A DNA stretch of 64,000 nucleotides from Histomonas meleagridis 2922-C6/04-290x (Eukaryota; Protista; Parabasalia), in the NCBI GenBank assembly GCA_020184695.1, contig JAANOX010000083.1, positions 372,001-436,000 of the forward strand, read 5' to 3'. Below are positions 63,001-64,000 of the stretch, piece after piece. Position numbers and translations under genes: made by a program. The notes under the pieces are model-generated. The model did no database searches and had not been told where the DNA came from. It saw only the letters and a program-made list of their open reading frames with translations. Each line of letters begins with the position of its first letter. Position 1 is the first letter of the stretch.

Positions 63001-63558
63001 CAATATCCATGGCCAACAAATACATTTACACAATCAAGTTCATTTTCTCATTCGAATTCAAACACATTTACAAAGTCAAATATTTTTATAGAATCAAATA
63101 CATTATATTCATTAACACTAACACATTCATTATCTATTACCCAAACATTAGTCATCAATACATTTTTAACCAAATCGTTCATTCAAACATTGACTAATTC
63201 CATTTCTACATTTATTTATTCCGATTTTATTTATTATAATTATACCATTATCCAATATTCCACGTATTATATCTTTTATTCATATTTTTATTTTACTATT
63301 ATTCAAACATATACTCAACAAAATCAAAATATTTCAACTAAAGCTTTAATTGGTATTGTTTGCGGTTCAATTGCTGCTGTTATATTAATTATTGGAATTG
63401 TTATTTTTGTTGTTAGGCATAATCAAAAACAAAAATTACAACAAAACTCACATATATTATCCAGAAGTTTTTCATCCAACAGTAAAAAACAGCTTGAACA
63501 AATTGATCAACATGAAATGGATGAATATGTTCAACAAGAAGATGACAATTGGATATAA
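60064..63558 (+). CDS. BspA-like leucine-rich-repeat (TpLRR) surface protein with Ser/Thr stalk, TM and acidic tail
   Basis: About 30 IPxSVTSIGxxAFxxCxxL repeats, cap motif TFGNLNVSKG, TM LIGIVCGSIAAVILIIGIVIFVV. The true start may be the ATG at 60511. Confidence 0.92.
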   Translation: MLFLLCIYSSCDILNGTKQVVLTTNKFDQFSKFRSILNKLSKIFHIKKLHGQRKLKIFFFTCFCLLSHFFGNMFKIFPYCIPSILSFDSLMSIINNSRYFDSLFSNININVQSKHNCLLPKYFFLFSYLSLFVLISLFIIIIYLFLFKVMNYFKIFLRKILYKEKINHKILPILLILFYKQASEICFSNSTLTITNISEFDEINQYKSQTKYINFSGDVIIIQENSFYGWDNLTSVEIGQSVTSIGNHAFSFCFNLKTVIIGDHVETIGNFAFSNSSLSDIIIPASVTFIGEGVFAGCSVLKFINVSDKNMKYSSNDGILYNNDNTTIICYPAGITAEKFEIPNSIVTIECYAFYQCNNLKNIIIGKNVTIIGEHSFYKCSNLINISIPDSVSTIGSYAFYKCSKLEKITIPDMVTSIESNLFDGCNALSYVLIGENVNEIGNYAFHYCSSLESISIPNEVTSIGNHAFYYCSFLESISIPNKVTSIGNHAFYSCKKLESISIPNEVISIGNHAFYYCYNLKAVVIEDNSKLQNIGNNAFQSCEALVDMRIPTSVTSIGESVFAGCSVLKFINVSDKNMKYSSNDGILYNNDNTTIICYPAGITAEKFEIPNSIVTIECYAFYQCNNLKNIIIGKNVTIIGEHSFYKCSNLINISIPDSVSTIGSYAFRLCTKLKNVTIGKNVTVIGEYSFYQCNSLVNIIIPNLVTSIGNSTFHSCFKLESVTIGKNVIVIGEHSFHKCSNLTKITIPDSVTSIGNHAFYSCTKLESIIIGKNVKVIGEHSFHSCSSLVNITIPDSVTSIGNHAFYSCTKLESIIIGKNVKVIGEHSFHSCSSLVNITIPDSVTSIGNHAFYSCTKLESIIIGKNVKVIGEYSFYQCNSLRKISIPDSVTYIKSYAFHKCENLITAIIGEGIISIGLCAFQDCSNLSCIYYKGDTLPFIDAYAFSEISTQYVMTSNIYNDTTFGNLNVSKGSSIGECNQYPWPTNTFTQSSSFSHSNSNTFTKSNIFIESNTLYSLTLTHSLSITQTLVINTFLTKSFIQTLTNSISTFIYSDFIYYNYTIIQYSTYYIFYSYFYFTIIQTYTQQNQNISTKALIGIVCGSIAAVILIIGIVIFVVRHNQKQKLQQNSHILSRSFSSNSKKQLEQIDQHEMDEYVQQEDDNWI
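60943..62067 (+). repeat. 321-bp near-identical internal duplication (60943-61263 and 61747-62067)
   Basis: Offset 804 nt (268 codons); I found one mismatch, synonymous (tcg/tca). Confidence 0.9.
62305..62675 (+). repeat. About 2.7 identical tandem copies of a 138-bp (two-LRR) unit
   Basis: Units begin at 62305, 62443 and 62581 (attccagattcagttacttcgattgg...). Confidence 0.9.
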
Positions 63559-64000
63559 AGCGAATATTAATATCATATGTTCAAAATGCAAATCATTGTA
63601 ACAAAATCGTTTGTAAAAATATATAATAAAAATTTATTTGTTAATTTAAAGAATATGTATTTATTTATGAATTTTTTTTCAGAACAAAATTTTTTACTTT
63701 GAAACATCAGTAAAATTTAATGTTTATTTCACGATTCTCGTTCCGCTATGAGTTTTTAACCTTTGCTAAAACCCATTGAATTTCATTTTTTCGAAGAATT
63801 TCATAAATTTTACTTGATATTTTTTTTTGTTACACACTCTCTTTTCTGCTTTTAAATTTCAAGGGTTGATGATATATGTTTATTGAAAATTGTTTCGATT
63901 GATTTTTGAGAATTTCTGTACAAAACAACCTAAGAAGTGTGCCTTAATATATCCTATTTTCAATAATATATTTCCTAAAATAGACAAGATTTTCAAAACG

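Noticed and set aside
7307-63601. Numerous short ORFs nested in or antisense to long genes (e.g. 7640..8086, 11596..13650 set, 21103..21504, 40541..41977 set, 48022..48592, 51461..52205, 59180..59496, 63009..63601)
   Set aside because: They overlap well-supported genes, often start at non-ATG codons, and show no motifs.
1-64000. tRNA, rRNA, snRNA genes and canonical trichomonad introns
   Set aside because: By eye I found no cloverleaf/T-loop context, rRNA signature or ACTAACACACAG-type acceptor. A tRNAscan/Infernal run would be needed to exclude them fully.

Overview
AT-rich, gene-dense eukaryotic DNA, most consistent with a parabasalid (Tritrichomonas/Histomonas-like) nuclear genome. That assignment rests on BspA-like and Pmp-like surface proteins, DUF3447/ankyrin genes, a transmembrane PAS/cyclase-family gene, trichomonad-type AAAGTGAC and RRCSGTT promoter motifs, and the absence of canonical introns. 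The window holds about 27 intact genes: an SH3-DOCK GEF truncated at the left edge, SAPS, a TKL kinase, an importin-beta-like protein, PAK, MED20, POC1, an RmlC fusion, a Rab, PP2A-B'', a USP, Thg1, Trm7, IFT144, an HPS3-like protein, CCT6, BspA and others. It also holds several decayed BspA and ankyrin copies. The standout observation is at two independent ankyrin loci (38.4-39.3 kb minus, 31.6-32.2 kb plus). Each ankyrin repeat is encoded on an open module of exactly 102 nt. Modules are separated by a conserved 67-71-nt frame-breaking spacer at the same codon position. The spacers lack an AG acceptor and the known trichomonad intron signals, but carry TTTGGA at a fixed distance from their 3' end. 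They are candidates for an undescribed non-canonical intron (or other excision/bypass) class. All family assignments come from motifs recognised by eye; no database searches were run.
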